Shown here piece by piece: positions 1 to 9,115 of a stretch of DNA of 64,000 bases (position 1 is its first letter; every line of letters begins with the position of its first letter). Location of the stretch: assembly GCA_963691875.1 (NCBI GenBank), contig OY829846.1:1216001-1280000 (forward strand), in the 5' to 3' direction. The stretch comes from Aureliella sp. (lineage in GTDB: Bacteria; Planctomycetota; Planctomycetia; Pirellulales; Pirellulaceae). The notes beneath the pieces are model-generated. The model was not told the origin of the DNA, did no database searches, and saw only the letters and a program-made list of their open reading frames with translations. The position numbers and the translations under genes are program-made.

Positions 1-282
1 CGAAATTTGTTGCTGAGCCCAGTTCCCGATCGGGGCAGCGACGACGCCCGGCACAGCGATCAGGAAACCACAACGCAATTGTACTTGCCCACGAAAGAGC
101 CTCGGCACAGCGCCGAATAAGGCAGTCGCACCTACCGAAGCTAAAGACACGCCGACCGCTTCTCGTGGGGCCAGGGCAAGACCGTACACAAGCAGAGGCA
201 CGGCAAGAACACCTCCGCCACCACCGGTCAGACCGAGAGCACAACCAACGAAGCCACCAAAGAACAATGCGAAAGCGAACAT
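1..282 (-). CDS. Sulfite exporter TauE/SafE family membrane protein (5' part only; runs off the window)
   Basis: Not in the ORF track. Manual translation from ATG at 282 gives MFAFALFFGGFVGCALGLTGGGGGVLAVPLLVYGL..., the TauE/SafE N-terminal GxxGxGGG motif. The ATG overlaps the upstream TGA (TGATG coupling). Confidence 0.85.
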   Translation of the reverse strand, partial: MFAFALFFGGFVGCALGLTGGGGGVLAVPLLVYGLALAPREAVGVSLASVGATALFGAVPRLFRGQVQLRCGFLIAVPGVVAAPIGNWAQQQIS

Positions 283-791
283 CAAGCCGGCTTGCCCGAA
301 TTCCAAGGCATCTTGGCTAGCACCAATGCCATTCCACAAGTGTCCGTGATGCCAGAAAAGATGAGACCTGCCCCAATGAACGCAGGAATACCTGCCAAAT
401 AGACGTTGCCAGAAATGAGGGCGGCAATAACTCCAGCAAGGGTGATGCTACCGGCTACGATCTGAACTTGTCGCTCAAGAGAAATAGTTCGTTTCCCGCG
501 GGTTCCATGTAGCCCAGCTTTTTGCCAAGCTGCAGTGCCTCCTTCAACACTAACGACGTTCTTGATTCCCGCGGCGAGCAACTTTCCAGAGGCCTTCAAC
601 GAGCGCTGTCCGCTTTGGCAGATCACCGCGATCTTCTTCTCGTCCTTTGTGAGTGAATCCGGATCCAACGAATCGAGCGGGAAGTTCTGTGCTCCGGTAG
701 CGTGTAGCGTTTCAAATTCGGCCTGAGTCCGGACATCAATCAGCTTGAAATCACCGGCCCTCAATTGTTCTACGCTGATCGTGGAAATCAT
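282..791 (-). CDS. Rhodanese-domain sulfurtransferase with C-terminal membrane DUF2892 (YgaP-like)
   Basis: LIDVRTQAEF...ICQSGQRS (active-site Cys loop)...VEGGTAAW, then ERQVQIVAG...GITDTCGMA hydrophobic tail. Likely start is ATG 791; the ORF track starts at 839. Confidence 0.9.
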   Translation of the reverse strand: MISTISVEQLRAGDFKLIDVRTQAEFETLHATGAQNFPLDSLDPDSLTKDEKKIAVICQSGQRSLKASGKLLAAGIKNVVSVEGGTAAWQKAGLHGTRGKRTISLERQVQIVAGSITLAGVIAALISGNVYLAGIPAFIGAGLIFSGITDTCGMALVLAKMPWNSGKPA

Positions 792-814
792 TCTTATCTC
801 TTCGAGAGTTCGTA

Positions 815-834
815 ATATCGTGGTATTTCGATAT
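815..834. promoter_or_regulatory. Putative ArsR operator, perfect 6-8-6 inverted repeat ATATCG-N8-CGATAT
   Basis: ATATCGTGGTATTTCGATAT sits 24 bp upstream of the rhodanese start; a near-identical site lies at 1233-1252. Confidence 0.65.
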
Positions 835-857
835 ATCAAATCAAATAAAAGTAGAGG

Positions 858-1193
858 TTACGACGCGTTTCGATCGGCACAAGACAAGAAGCCTCCCTCG
901 ATGCAATCCATAATTTTCTTCAAATGTGGTTCCGCGACCTGATAGTAAACTCTGCGTCCTTCACGTTCACTAGTGAAAAATCCACAGCGCTGCATCAGTC
1001 GCAGATGTTCGGACGCTACGTTATCTGGCACAGAACAGTCCTCTGCCAGCTCGCCCACTGTGTACCGTCCCTTCAGCAATAGCTGCACTATTCGCAGACG
1101 AACCGGATGCGCCAATGTCTTCAGGCACTCGGCCGCTTCCGCAAACTCAGCCGGCGAACCCACCGGTTTGAAATCTGTTTTCCCCTTCGTCAC
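858..1193 (-). CDS. ArsR/SmtB family transcriptional repressor (Cys-rich)
   Basis: LKTLAHPVRLRIVQLL...TVGELAE...ASEHLRLM...EREGRRVYY winged HTH, with 5 Cys. Confidence 0.92.
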   Translation of the reverse strand: MTKGKTDFKPVGSPAEFAEAAECLKTLAHPVRLRIVQLLLKGRYTVGELAEDCSVPDNVASEHLRLMQRCGFFTSEREGRRVYYQVAEPHLKKIMDCIEGGFLSCADRNAS

Positions 1194-1232
1194 AGCTTTT
1201 GCCCTGCAGAAAGAACTAATCGATAAAACAAC

Positions 1233-1257
1233 AGATCGTAACCTAACGAGATGTCAA
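1233..1257 (-). promoter_or_regulatory. Second ArsR-type operator (AGATCG-N8-CGAGAT) abutting a TTGACA hexamer
   Basis: 1233-1252 AGATCGTAACCTAACGAGAT has one mismatch per half versus the 815-834 site. TTGACA is on the minus strand at 1252-1257, but no good -10 lies at 17 bp. Confidence 0.55.
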
Positions 1258-1521
1258 TCCAATATTTGTGATAGAATTCGTAACGTGTGAAACCGTATTC
1301 AGTAAAAAACTGCTGCTCCACTTGTTTCCATGCCTCTGTTCGTCGTTCCGTTCGATTGTAGAAATGATGTTAGATCAACGAAAAAATCGATTGATTTAGG
1401 GTATCGGTCAACAGGTTGCAATTTTCTGCTTTGACGCGCGAACCTTGATGTAAACTGAACGCATTACCCTGCAAAGAACTTAGCCATTTAAAGCCGTAAG
1501 CACTGTCAACAAAGATCTGAG

Positions 1522-4191
1522 ATGGCCACTTTCACGCCCAATTTCTTCTACTTCCAATTGCTTGTGATCTCGCTGACTTGTTTGTTGCTGTCTGTTGCTG
1601 GCAACGCGCCTTTGCACGCTCAGGTTGAGGAAGCAACCGAAGTTAATGAAATTCAGGAAGAAAGTGATGGCCGCGAGGAATTCGAGGGTGAAATAGGGCG
1701 AGAAATTGCTGTTCGCCTCGAAGAAGCCTTCTCGATCCGAACAGAAGCTGCAGAGCAATCCGCAACACACCGCCAACGCGAGGAAGTTGCCGAAATACAA
1801 ATTCGCTACCTAAACGAACTCAAATCGTTTCTCCGAAAAGCCGAAGCAGCCGAACGGCATCTTGAACAGGGTAATGCATCCGCGAAAGAACTAGAACGGA
1901 CTGAGGTTCAGCTCGCGTTCTTCGAAAGCGAACTGGAAGAGCGGTTCGTGCAGCTCGAAATCTGTGATCGGCAACTTGAACTATTGGATCTTCAGTTTGA
2001 TTTGCTGCACCCCAGCATGAAGAGTGAACTCAAGCAGCTTAAAGAGTTGCTCGAAGTCATCGACGAGTCCCGCGCTGAAGTCTCCAAAATGTTCCGCGCT
2101 TTTCGGAATAGCGAGGAAGAACGCGGAGAGCGAATTGCGGCCGATCTGGAACAACTGGAAGGTCACGTAGATGAACAGACCGAGATCCTGCGTCTGAAAG
2201 TCGAATTGTTCTTGGCTCGTGAAGAAGGTGCCAACGAAGAGATCCGTGAACTGGAGGAAGAGCTGCGTGCCATTGGTGAAGAGTTCGATCGAGACGATGG
2301 ACCACATGGTGAGGATGTTCGTGAGGAGGTAACTAAGTTGCCGCCTCCGATTCAAGTTTCCGCTGCGGAGATTCGCGAAGCAGGCAAGCTTGACTTTACC
2401 ACCAAGATCAAACCTCTATTGGGCAAACACTGCGGTGATTGTCATGCGGGAACGGAGGCATCCGGCGATCTGGACATCTACGCCCTGATGAAGGTCGAGC
2501 CCTTCGTCATGCACCGAGATCATTGGCTGAATGTCATTCAGCAAATCAAAGTTCGTTCGATGCCACCAGCCGATTACGAGCAACCAAGTGACTTAGAGCG
2601 GAAACAAATGCTGGCATGGTTGCAAAACGCGATCGAAAACTTTGATTACGAAACCGTGCGTCGCTCGGGCCATGAACCAACTCGTCGGCTTACTCACGAA
2701 GAATACAACAACACCATCCGGGATCTCTTCGGAATGGACCTTCGGCCTGCCGACAGATTCCCGGCCGACATGACTGCCAGTAGCGGATTTCGCAACAGTG
2801 CCAACAGTCTTTTTATTCAACCAGTGACGATGGAGCGTTACTTGAATGCAGCAGAATCAGTTGTTAATCAAGTCCAACAGGCTGGCCCCAAGTCTCGTCC
2901 CTTTGCAAGTTGGATGGAGCAGATTCGAGCAAGCGAAGCAGAAGCCGTTGTAGCTATACGAGATTTTGCCAACCGAGCCTATCGCCGTAAAATTTCAGCG
3001 GAAGAAGAACAGCAGTTGCTCGAATTCTTTGCTGAGCAGTCTGCGGCTGGCAGTTCAGCCGAGGAAGCTTTTGCGAAACTTGTGCAAACGGTTTTAGTCT
3101 CGCCGAGTTTCCTGATGCGAAATACGGGGCATCCCGGCGAGCCTGGACTGGTTTCCGACTTTGAAATGGCCAGCCGCCTTTCGTATTTTCTCTGGGCATC
3201 CATGCCGGATGACGAACTCTTCCGCCTGGCCACACAAGGAAGACTACAGGATGCGAAAGTTCTGCGACAGCAAGTTCCCCGAATGCTAGCGGACCCAAGG
3301 GCCCAAACGCTCGGCTCTGAATTTGCCGCTCAGTGGCTTGGCATTGTCAATCTCAAGCGGGTGCCCCGCGACCAGATCGACAACCCATGGGCCACGGATT
3401 CGCTCTTCCAAGCCCTGGAAGACGAAAGTGCTCTGTTCTTCCATTCGCTTGTCGTTGACAACGCGAACATCGAGCAGTTCGTCGATGCAAAATACACTTA
3501 CCTGAATGAGGAACTTGCAAGGCACTACCGGATCCCGGGAGTCAAAGGCGACAAAATGCGACGTGTCGAACTCAGTGATTCCACTCGCGGCGGAATACTT
3601 GGACATGCATCAGTGCTGACAATCACATCCTTTCCACATCGCACTAGCCCTGTCGTGCGTGGGAACTGGATTCTTAGTGAATTGCTCGGAACGCCTCCTC
3701 CGCCTCCGCCACCAAACGTCAGCGAATTCGATGAGAGGATCGAGAACCGTCGTTTGTCGCAGAGGCAAAAGCTCGAATTGCATCGAAAGAATCCGAACTG
3801 CTACGCTTGCCACAGTGAAATCGATCCACTCGGATTTGCATTGGAGAAGTACGAAGAGTTCGGACGCTTGCGAGATCGGGAAGACCGCCGGGAAATTGAT
3901 ATCACTGGCAAGCTACCTAGCGGCCGGATCGTGAAAGGGCTAGAAGGTCTTCGCCAAGCATTAGTAACTGAAAGGCGCGACGATCTGATGGAGCAGATCG
4001 CACGCAAAATGTTCACCTACGCTCTGGGCCGACAGCTCAACTATTACGACGAAGCCGCCGTACGAGACATTATCTCCCATGCAGAGAAACACGAGCGACG
4101 ACTGCAGCCGTTGATCGAAGCAATTGTCTTGAGTGATTCTTTTCGCAAGATCGACTATGAATCTACGACGGCAACTAGCTCGGCTAAGTAG
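1522..4191 (+). CDS. Planctomycete cytochrome c / DUF1587-DUF1592-DUF1588-DUF1585 domain protein with long acidic N-terminal coiled coil
   Basis: Signal peptide; CGDCH and CYACH haem motifs; RRLTHEEYNNTIRDL, EMASRLSYFLWASMPD, RTSPVVRGNWI, PPPPPP. Confidence 0.9.
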   Translation: MATFTPNFFYFQLLVISLTCLLLSVAGNAPLHAQVEEATEVNEIQEESDGREEFEGEIGREIAVRLEEAFSIRTEAAEQSATHRQREEVAEIQIRYLNELKSFLRKAEAAERHLEQGNASAKELERTEVQLAFFESELEERFVQLEICDRQLELLDLQFDLLHPSMKSELKQLKELLEVIDESRAEVSKMFRAFRNSEEERGERIAADLEQLEGHVDEQTEILRLKVELFLAREEGANEEIRELEEELRAIGEEFDRDDGPHGEDVREEVTKLPPPIQVSAAEIREAGKLDFTTKIKPLLGKHCGDCHAGTEASGDLDIYALMKVEPFVMHRDHWLNVIQQIKVRSMPPADYEQPSDLERKQMLAWLQNAIENFDYETVRRSGHEPTRRLTHEEYNNTIRDLFGMDLRPADRFPADMTASSGFRNSANSLFIQPVTMERYLNAAESVVNQVQQAGPKSRPFASWMEQIRASEAEAVVAIRDFANRAYRRKISAEEEQQLLEFFAEQSAAGSSAEEAFAKLVQTVLVSPSFLMRNTGHPGEPGLVSDFEMASRLSYFLWASMPDDELFRLATQGRLQDAKVLRQQVPRMLADPRAQTLGSEFAAQWLGIVNLKRVPRDQIDNPWATDSLFQALEDESALFFHSLVVDNANIEQFVDAKYTYLNEELARHYRIPGVKGDKMRRVELSDSTRGGILGHASVLTITSFPHRTSPVVRGNWILSELLGTPPPPPPPNVSEFDERIENRRLSQRQKLELHRKNPNCYACHSEIDPLGFALEKYEEFGRLRDREDRREIDITGKLPSGRIVKGLEGLRQALVTERRDDLMEQIARKMFTYALGRQLNYYDEAAVRDIISHAEKHERRLQPLIEAIVLSDSFRKIDYESTTATSSAK

Positions 4192-4292
4192 TGTCGCTCA
4201 CGCGGTCAACACTGCCCTATCTGAGAGATTCGGCAAGGACTGCGAACCCTACAATTAACTCAGAAAAGCCAACTCCAACGCGGAAAAGAAAC

Positions 4293-5639
4293 ATGGCTCA
4301 TAAATGGCATATCTCACGACGCACAGCTCTGCGAGGACTCGGTACGGCTATTGCCCTTCCAATGCTTGACGTGATGTCCGCTCCTGGCCTCAACGCGGCC
4401 GACAATGTCTCGACGACAACGCGGCTGGCTTACTTGTATTTTCCTAATGGCGTGGCAGAAGGTGCTTGGGCGCCGAAGAAAGTCGATGCATCTGGACGGA
4501 TCCAGCAATTGAATCCATGGATGAATTCATTAGAACCGCTCAAAGAGCAGTTGACGATTTTTAAGAACATGTGGACACCACGCGGCAACGGCCACATCGC
4601 TGGAACAGCTACTTGGCTGACCGGCGGCTCCTATGACGACCAAAATATCGACGCCGGTGGGACGTCGGTCGATCAACTTGCGGCGAAACACTTTGAGTCG
4701 CATACACTGCTGCCATCTCTAGAACTTTCTGTGCGCGGTCAAGGCTTCTTCTCCAGCAGCTTGCCACGCAACACATTGTCCTGGGTAGACGCGCGGACTC
4801 CAGCTCCTAGAGATGTCGAACCGAGGGTTGTATTTGACCGCATGTTCCGTTCTGCCAAGTCAGGCCTTTCGGACCGCTCCGTTCTCGACTTGGTGCTCAG
4901 CGACGCCAAACGCCTGAAGCGACGAGTCAGTGAACAGGACCAGCGCAAGATGGATGAATACCTTGAATCGATTCGTGCGATAGAGCGACGCATTGAGTTC
5001 GCAGAAACTCAAGCTCAACGAGCAAAGGCAGATCCAGTGTTAAGCCGAGCATTAGTCCGGCCCGAGCCGGGAGTGCCCGAGGATCATGGTGATTATATGC
5101 GAACGATGTTGGACATGATTGTGCTTGCCTTCTGGGCAGACGCAACTCGTGTTGGCACCATGATGCTTGATCACGGACAGAGCAATCGATACTTCAACTT
5201 CATCGACGGTGTGGAAGGCACTTGGCACGCACTCTCGCACTGGCGCGACGCAAGTGGCAAGACGGAAGACGACGATGGCGTTACTTCCTGGAACTCACGC
5301 GAAGAAAAACGAAACATGTACAACAAGGTGACTCAGTGGCACACAGAACAAGTTGCCTACTTCTTGAATCGGCTTCAATCCATCCAGGAACCAACCGGAA
5401 GCTTGCTCGACAACAGCATGATTGTTTATGGATCGAACTTAGCAGATGGACACGAACACGCTGAAAAAGACTTGCCTATCATGCTGGCCGGCAAGGGCGG
5501 TGGACACATTAGCCCAGGCAAGCTGGTTGGTGGTCGCCGAGACACTTCGATGTCCGACCTACACCTTTCGCTCCTCAACGGACTTGGCATCCCCAGCGAA
5601 AGGTTCGCCGATAGTCAATCGCCGATCAGCCTTGGATAG
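4293..5639 (+). CDS. DUF1552 domain protein
   Basis: ISRRTALRGLG Tat-like start, YFPNG, SVDQLAA, SLELS, LLDNSMIVYGS; canonical partner of DUF1592 genes. Start refined to ATG 4293. Confidence 0.9.
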   Translation: MAHKWHISRRTALRGLGTAIALPMLDVMSAPGLNAADNVSTTTRLAYLYFPNGVAEGAWAPKKVDASGRIQQLNPWMNSLEPLKEQLTIFKNMWTPRGNGHIAGTATWLTGGSYDDQNIDAGGTSVDQLAAKHFESHTLLPSLELSVRGQGFFSSSLPRNTLSWVDARTPAPRDVEPRVVFDRMFRSAKSGLSDRSVLDLVLSDAKRLKRRVSEQDQRKMDEYLESIRAIERRIEFAETQAQRAKADPVLSRALVRPEPGVPEDHGDYMRTMLDMIVLAFWADATRVGTMMLDHGQSNRYFNFIDGVEGTWHALSHWRDASGKTEDDDGVTSWNSREEKRNMYNKVTQWHTEQVAYFLNRLQSIQEPTGSLLDNSMIVYGSNLADGHEHAEKDLPIMLAGKGGGHISPGKLVGGRRDTSMSDLHLSLLNGLGIPSERFADSQSPISLG

Positions 5640-5727
5640 TCGCCGATCGAGACGAGATACCAGCGTTATCAATATCTGTGTAGGTGGCTAGATTGCAAGA
5701 ACCTCGCTATGTGACTTCCTGGGGCAG

Positions 5728-7098
5728 CTACTGCTTCTCTGCGGGTAACTTGGCAATCACCGTATCGCCTCGGCCGGTATTGTCAGCGATGCTTTGAACA
5801 GTCCACAAATCCATGTGATTGTCGCCATCGACCACACTTCCGCTGTAGTCGCCCCAAGAGCCACCTTCCGTTGCAGCTGCTCCTTCACCTAGGCTGGTTA
5901 TCGGACGCAGCTTATTTAGTGGATCACTCGCTCGCCGGTATGCAAAACGAGGGCTGATGAACATGTCCGGCCCAGTTTCCTGAAAGCCAACAAGCACATC
6001 AAGTTGCTTGTTCACTGCCAGTGTTGTTTGAATGTAGCTATTTGTTTCTGAACTGATTAGTCCGCTTTGGACGAATTCACCATCGCTCAGTCGGACTTGG
6101 TGCCACTGAACTGCCGCGCGACCTTTCACATTGACGGTTTGCGAAAACCAGAGATGTTCGCTCTGAATCACTAGGTTCTTAGGATTGCGATCGCCTGAGG
6201 CAGTTCGCTTGTCCGTTCCCTTCTGCGGAGACTGAGGTGGCCAACCAAAGTGCTTGAAGTTGTGAGGAGCTTGCACGACAAGTTCGGCAACTGGAGCTCC
6301 GTCTTCGGCTTCGCTTAATTTGGTAATCAAGATGTCGCGTCTTGCAAGCTTTACAAAGTACAGGTCGTCGACGGCGTCCTGGGTTGCGACCGGGTGCCCA
6401 AGGTTGCCTTCGAAGTAATAAACTTTAACTGGCTTACCCAACTTAGCCTCAGCTGTTTTCAGTACAAACGTTTGCGTTGGACCACCTGGAAAAGTGTAGC
6501 CAATCCATTTGCGGCTATACCCAATTCCGCCGCCATCAACACCTTGTGGAGCAGGGACCGGGTACGTATTCCATACTCCGGCTGGATCAGAAGTCGAGGA
6601 AACCGAGATGTTGACCGGCTTCTTCTTTTCCTTGTCCCAAGGATTCCACAAGTCGAAACCGAACACTTGGTTGTGAGAATCGTAAAAGAGCTTTGGATCG
6701 ATCCCACCGTTGAAGCAACGCTGCGATACGCCTTGCACGAACTCGCCAGTTTTAGTGTAGATGATCAAGCCGTTATTGGTCGCGTGCAGAATGTGATTGC
6801 CGCCAACCGCGATTTGGGGGTCCACTTGTCGATTGCCATCATCAGATCCATCAAAGATCAGCACGCCATTTTGAGTGCGGGGATTTCCGCCCTGCTTTCG
6901 TTCGCGGCACGTTCCGTTCTTGTTGAAAGATTCATTTTGGATTGGTTGGATAACTTCTATTCGAGCTGGACGTAACTCCTGGGCTTCAGCGACCGTCGTC
7001 GTTATTAGCGTCGCAACGAGAGCGAGCAAGAGTCCGGCACTCGGCCACGAAAGAGCATTTGAGAGTTGGTGAAGCTTAGTTTGGAGCGACTGAATCAT
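5728..7098 (-). CDS. Secreted protein of unknown function
   Basis: 456 aa ORF with signal peptide; DPQIAVGGNH...WGDYS motifs of a beta-rich uncharacterised secreted family. Confidence 0.75.
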   Translation of the reverse strand: MIQSLQTKLHQLSNALSWPSAGLLLALVATLITTTVAEAQELRPARIEVIQPIQNESFNKNGTCRERKQGGNPRTQNGVLIFDGSDDGNRQVDPQIAVGGNHILHATNNGLIIYTKTGEFVQGVSQRCFNGGIDPKLFYDSHNQVFGFDLWNPWDKEKKKPVNISVSSTSDPAGVWNTYPVPAPQGVDGGGIGYSRKWIGYTFPGGPTQTFVLKTAEAKLGKPVKVYYFEGNLGHPVATQDAVDDLYFVKLARRDILITKLSEAEDGAPVAELVVQAPHNFKHFGWPPQSPQKGTDKRTASGDRNPKNLVIQSEHLWFSQTVNVKGRAAVQWHQVRLSDGEFVQSGLISSETNSYIQTTLAVNKQLDVLVGFQETGPDMFISPRFAYRRASDPLNKLRPITSLGEGAAATEGGSWGDYSGSVVDGDNHMDLWTVQSIADNTGRGDTVIAKLPAEKQ

Positions 7099-8126
7099 GA
7101 TGCATACTGAAGGGAGGAATCTGATTAAGGCCGGGTCGACAACTTAGCAGTTCCTCACAATCCATCAAGGAGCATATTGGACCACATATGATCCTGAGGC
7201 CGCTCTTTCATTCTGTTATTCATGTATTTGATGCGTTAGCGCCGGTAGCGAATCAGCCGCCACACCGAAAGTTCTTCGACAAGCTTCCAGTATTGTACCA
7301 CTCCGAAGCGTCCCCAGTTGATCTCAAATTCGGCTAACACGCTCTCTATCGCACCTTGCCAGACTAGGCCTCGAAGTTGGTGGACTGCCACTGTGTTAGC
7401 TGTTGCGCATTCGAAGGCAATACGATGCGACGTGGCAGATCGGAGTTTTCAGTTTTTGAGCCGAACGAGCGAGCCGCGGGCCAGCGTTTTCTTTGTTCAT
7501 CCCAAAGCTGGCGGGTAGGGCTCTCAACCAGGTTTTATAGAAAGATTGGCTCTGCTCGGATTACCAAGCTCTCTGTGTTGGCTTTGCAGTAGAGCGACGA
7601 TTGCACCAATGCACCTAAGCGTTCCCAGGGCGAATACACCTCCGTTGCCTTTGTTGACTTCTTAGGAATTCCATCCCTTGGCCGCGCGATCCCGTCATGC
7701 TCACAGCTATATGCTCATACATTCCACTCGTGGCTTCGGCTTTATGCGATCGTTGATTCTGCTGGCCTCAGCGTTTTCGGTTGCATCCTTAATGGTAAGT
7801 AGTCACACGAGCAAGAAATTTCGCCCGCGTCTGCACGTCTGGTCGGTGCCGATTGGCTGCGTCGTCGTCGCCACCTTTGCCAACCGCTTTAGAGCAAAGG
7901 TGGACTCCACGAACCAAGGCGAAAGTAGTGAAACCGAAATAGTCTGACCGAAAAGGCAATATGGCGTGCTACTTGCGGATTCGGTCGAAGCCATTGAAAC
8001 AAGGTCAGACCATATTGCTCGGCGAAGAGCAATTCTGTCCGCTGAATCGGCTATACTCGCATTTAGAATGCTGGCAATCTAGACCGCTCCAGCTGCATTG
8101 ATTCAGAGTTATCGAAGTGAGTTGTC

Positions 8127-9068
8127 ATGTTCCAATCTTTCTCAAAGCGATGCTTTTCTTCGTTGGCGATGCTTTGTACTTTCTTTCCGGCTGTCGCTCA
8201 AACGGATGAGCCGACGGTGGAGATGAAGCTGTGGCCAAAGACTCCACCAGGAATCATCACGGCGGAAGGACCTGAGAGAGATACTTCTGGTCCCAAAGGG
8301 CGGATGGTACAGGGGAGGCCGGTCATTCGTTTGGGCGATGTTTCCGAACCGATGCTAACCGTTTATTCCCCACCAGCAGAGAAGAACACGGGTGCAGCTG
8401 TCGTCGTCTGTCCAGGCGGTGGTTATCAAATCCTGGCCTACGATCTCGAAGGCACCGAGGTCTGCGAGTGGTTGAACTCAATCGGCGTCACAGGCGTGCT
8501 GTTGAAGTATCGCGTGCCGCGACCAAAGAGACCGAAGCCGGCCAAGGGCCAACGTCAAGCTCCACCGCTCGGCCCCTTGATGGATGCTCAGCGAGCATTG
8601 TCGCTAGTTCGTGCCAATGCAAAAGAATGGAATATCAACCCAGAACGCATTGGTGTACTTGGATTCTCGGCTGGTGGAAATCTGGCTGCTCGTCTGTCAA
8701 CAAACTACACGAAGCGAACCTACGACGCGATCGATGATGCAGACGAAGTGAGATGTCGCCCTGATTTCTCCGTCTTGATTTACCCCGCTTATTTCTATCG
8801 ACCGCAGGATGAATTGCTTTCTCCGGACTTGCCGGTCGACGAGAAGACGCCGCCTTCGTTCTTGGTGATGAGCTGGGATGACGGTGTTGGGCCAGAGAAT
8901 ATTCTCCGTATGGGTATCGCCTTGAAACGCAATAAAGTCCCAGCCGAAGTGCACCTATATCCCACTGGTGGCCACGGCTACGGTCTTCGCCCTAGCGAAC
9001 ACGAGGTCACGACCTGGCCAGCCAGGTGCGCCGCTTGGATGAAAGCCAATGGTTGGCTAGAAAAATAG
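8127..9068 (+). CDS. Secreted alpha/beta hydrolase (carbohydrate esterase-like)
   Basis: Signal peptide; PGGGY oxyanion motif; GFSAGG nucleophile; GGHGYG catalytic His. Confidence 0.88.
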   Translation: MFQSFSKRCFSSLAMLCTFFPAVAQTDEPTVEMKLWPKTPPGIITAEGPERDTSGPKGRMVQGRPVIRLGDVSEPMLTVYSPPAEKNTGAAVVVCPGGGYQILAYDLEGTEVCEWLNSIGVTGVLLKYRVPRPKRPKPAKGQRQAPPLGPLMDAQRALSLVRANAKEWNINPERIGVLGFSAGGNLAARLSTNYTKRTYDAIDDADEVRCRPDFSVLIYPAYFYRPQDELLSPDLPVDEKTPPSFLVMSWDDGVGPENILRMGIALKRNKVPAEVHLYPTGGHGYGLRPSEHEVTTWPARCAAWMKANGWLEK

Positions 9069-9115
9069 TTATTGTCTCTTGGCCTTGTTGTTCACTCCGA
9101 AACTCTCGATTCGCT

